A DNA stretch of 64,000 nt from the IMG/VR virus record IMGVR_UViG_3300035424_000154, positions 1-64,000 of that record; one strand, given 5' to 3'. Shown here piece by piece: positions 62,687 to 64,000 of this stretch (position 1 is its first letter; each line of letters opens with the position of its first letter). Position numbers and translations under genes: made by a program. This DNA is from a virus. Taxonomy: Duplodnaviria > Caudoviricetes. The notes below the pieces were generated by a model. The model was not told where the DNA came from. It did not search any database and saw only the letters and a program-made list of their open reading frames with translations.

Positions 62687-62703
62687 GAGACAAAAATACA
62701 TAG
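62687..62703 (+). promoter_or_regulatory. 17-bp repeated motif
   Basis: GAGACAAAAATACATAG before the AGGAGG RBS of thyX. Confidence 0.7.
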
Positions 62704-62719
62704 TCAGGAGGAACGACAA

Positions 62720-63349
62720 ATGAGGGTAATCAAAGCCGGGTTTCATATTCTTTCGCCTGTTGACGGACAGAAGATTTTGAAATCCATTGAGGAGGCCGGA
62801 CGTGTCTGCTACAAGTCCGAGGAGAAGATCACGGAAGATAGTGCCGAAAAATTCGTGGCAGGTATCATCAAGCGCGGCCATGAAGCGGTGCTGGAGCATG
62901 AGGCTATTCGGGTCAAGTTTATCGTTGATCGCGGTGTATCGCATGAGATTGTGCGGCACCGACTGGCGGCGTATTGCCAGGAGAGCACCCGCTACTGTAA
63001 CTACAGCAAGGGGAAGTTCGGTGAGGAGATCACGGTAATTGAGCCGTGCTTCTGGGATAAGGACTCTGATTTGATGAAGGATTGGAGATCGGCCATGCGT
63101 ATGGCTGAGAACCATTATCTTGGGCTGCTGCATCAGGGCGCTTCTCCACAGGAAGCCCGTAGCGTTCTTCCCAACAGCCTCAAAACTGAGGTGGTCATGA
63201 CGGCCAATCTTCGTGAGTGGCGGCATTTCTTCAAGCTCAGAACTGCGCCTGCGGCACATCCTCAGATGCGTGAGGTTGCAATCGCCCTTTTGAAAGAGTT
63301 CCAGAAGTTGGTTCCCGTTGTCTTTGATGATATTGAGGTGACGGCATGA
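62720..63349 (+). CDS. thyX: Flavin-dependent thymidylate synthase
   Basis: RHRLAAYCQESTRY, ARSVLP, NLREWRHF. Confidence 0.97.
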   Translation: MRVIKAGFHILSPVDGQKILKSIEEAGRVCYKSEEKITEDSAEKFVAGIIKRGHEAVLEHEAIRVKFIVDRGVSHEIVRHRLAAYCQESTRYCNYSKGKFGEEITVIEPCFWDKDSDLMKDWRSAMRMAENHYLGLLHQGASPQEARSVLPNSLKTEVVMTANLREWRHFFKLRTAPAAHPQMREVAIALLKEFQKLVPVVFDDIEVTA

Positions 63350-64000
63350 AAGTGATTTGCATTTCTGGCAAAGCCCAGCACGGCAAGGACACCACAGCGG
63401 CCATACTGAAAGAGCTGTTGGAGGCAGACGGCAAAAGCGTCAAGATTGCTCACTTTGCCGATCTTCTCAAATTCATTTGTAAGACCTATTTTGATTGGGA
63501 TGGGCAGAAGGATGAACGTGGCCGACACATCCTCCAGTATGTTGGCACTGATGTGATCCGGGCGAAATCGCCTGACTACTGGGCGGATTTCATTGTCAAT
63601 TTCCTGTCTATGTTCCAAGAGGAGTGGGACTATGTGCTCTTGCCCGACTGTCGCTTCCCAAACGAGTATGAGCTGTTTAAGTACAGCGGCATTAACACAG
63701 TGCTGTTGCGAGTTGAACGTCCCGGTTTCGTCTCGCCCTTGACACCTGAGCAGCAAGCGCATAAATCCGAAACCGCTTTGGATGGCTACCGTTACGATTA
63801 TGTCATCCAAAACGATGCAGATTTGGACAAATTGCGGGGCGCTCTTGCCACCTTCGTTGTAGGTCTGGAACCGAAGTTTGTGCCGCTGACTATCCTCTTT
63901 GACGCTGATGATGTGGCCGAAAATCTGCTGAACTGCTGGATTAAGCTCTTGAATGAGCGCTATGGTACATCGGTCGCCTTTGAAGATGTCAATGATTGGG
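63346..64000 (+). CDS. dNMP kinase fused to a HAD 5'(3')-nucleotidase-like domain (runs off the window)
   Basis: ISGKAQHGKDT, FADLLK, DCRFPNE, H.SET then, in frame, ILFDADDVAENLL...LNERYGT; hand-translated with no stop. Confidence 0.8.
   Translation, partial: MKVICISGKAQHGKDTTAAILKELLEADGKSVKIAHFADLLKFICKTYFDWDGQKDERGRHILQYVGTDVIRAKSPDYWADFIVNFLSMFQEEWDYVLLPDCRFPNEYELFKYSGINTVLLRVERPGFVSPLTPEQQAHKSETALDGYRYDYVIQNDADLDKLRGALATFVVGLEPKFVPLTILFDADDVAENLLNCWIKLLNERYGTSVAFEDVNDW

Larger units (their letters stand above)
1..64000. mobile_element. Segment of a large temperate (SPbeta-like) phage/prophage of a Clostridia-like host
   Basis: Phage-type replication set (Sak, SSB, primase-helicase, DnaE, ThyX), ImmA/XRE switch, MrpR-like protein, tRNA cluster, dense small hypothetical genes; no host housekeeping operons. 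Confidence 0.8.

Overview
The whole window reads as part of a large temperate phage of a Bacillota (Clostridia-like) host with SPbeta-like organisation. The host assignment is inferred from GGAGG ribosome-binding sites, sigmaA-type promoters and gene content; no virion genes are in view. Left to right: (i) a 1-kb G-rich non-coding spacer between divergent promoters; (ii) a phage sigma70-like factor followed by about 22 kb of small-gene cassettes carrying 32 copies of one promoter (GGTTAGCA-N16-TGTAAWTATAGT) and intrinsic terminators, ending in a DarB-like methylase-helicase; (iii) an immunity region (ImmA-like protease, XRE repressor, face-to-face promoters) and an MrpR/YopR-like recombinase-fold protein; (iv) a 2-kb RNA cluster with one normal tRNA-Ser and eight tRNA-shaped RNAs, five carrying the same inserted AAT-[stem]-NNACAGCAA module in or beside the anticodon arm, plus four free copies of the module (one variant), directly upstream of a TROVE-like/vWA gene and RNA-repair-type genes; (v) an NAD module (PncA, Prs-like, Nampt-like, NadE); (vi) DNA methylases, one circularly permuted and split at poly-C/poly-G tracts; (vii) an ABC/PspA/OmpA membrane cluster; (viii) recombination and replication genes (Sak, SSB, nuclease, primase-helicase, DnaE, ThyX, dNMP kinase). 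A 17-bp motif (GARNCAAAAATACATAG) occurs 12 times across the window. The best candidates for undescribed biology are the tRNA-mimic/TROVE system, the sigma-driven cassette array, the possibly deamidating NAD-reconstitution route and the frame-switching methylase. All family assignments are by-eye motif recognition, not database searches.
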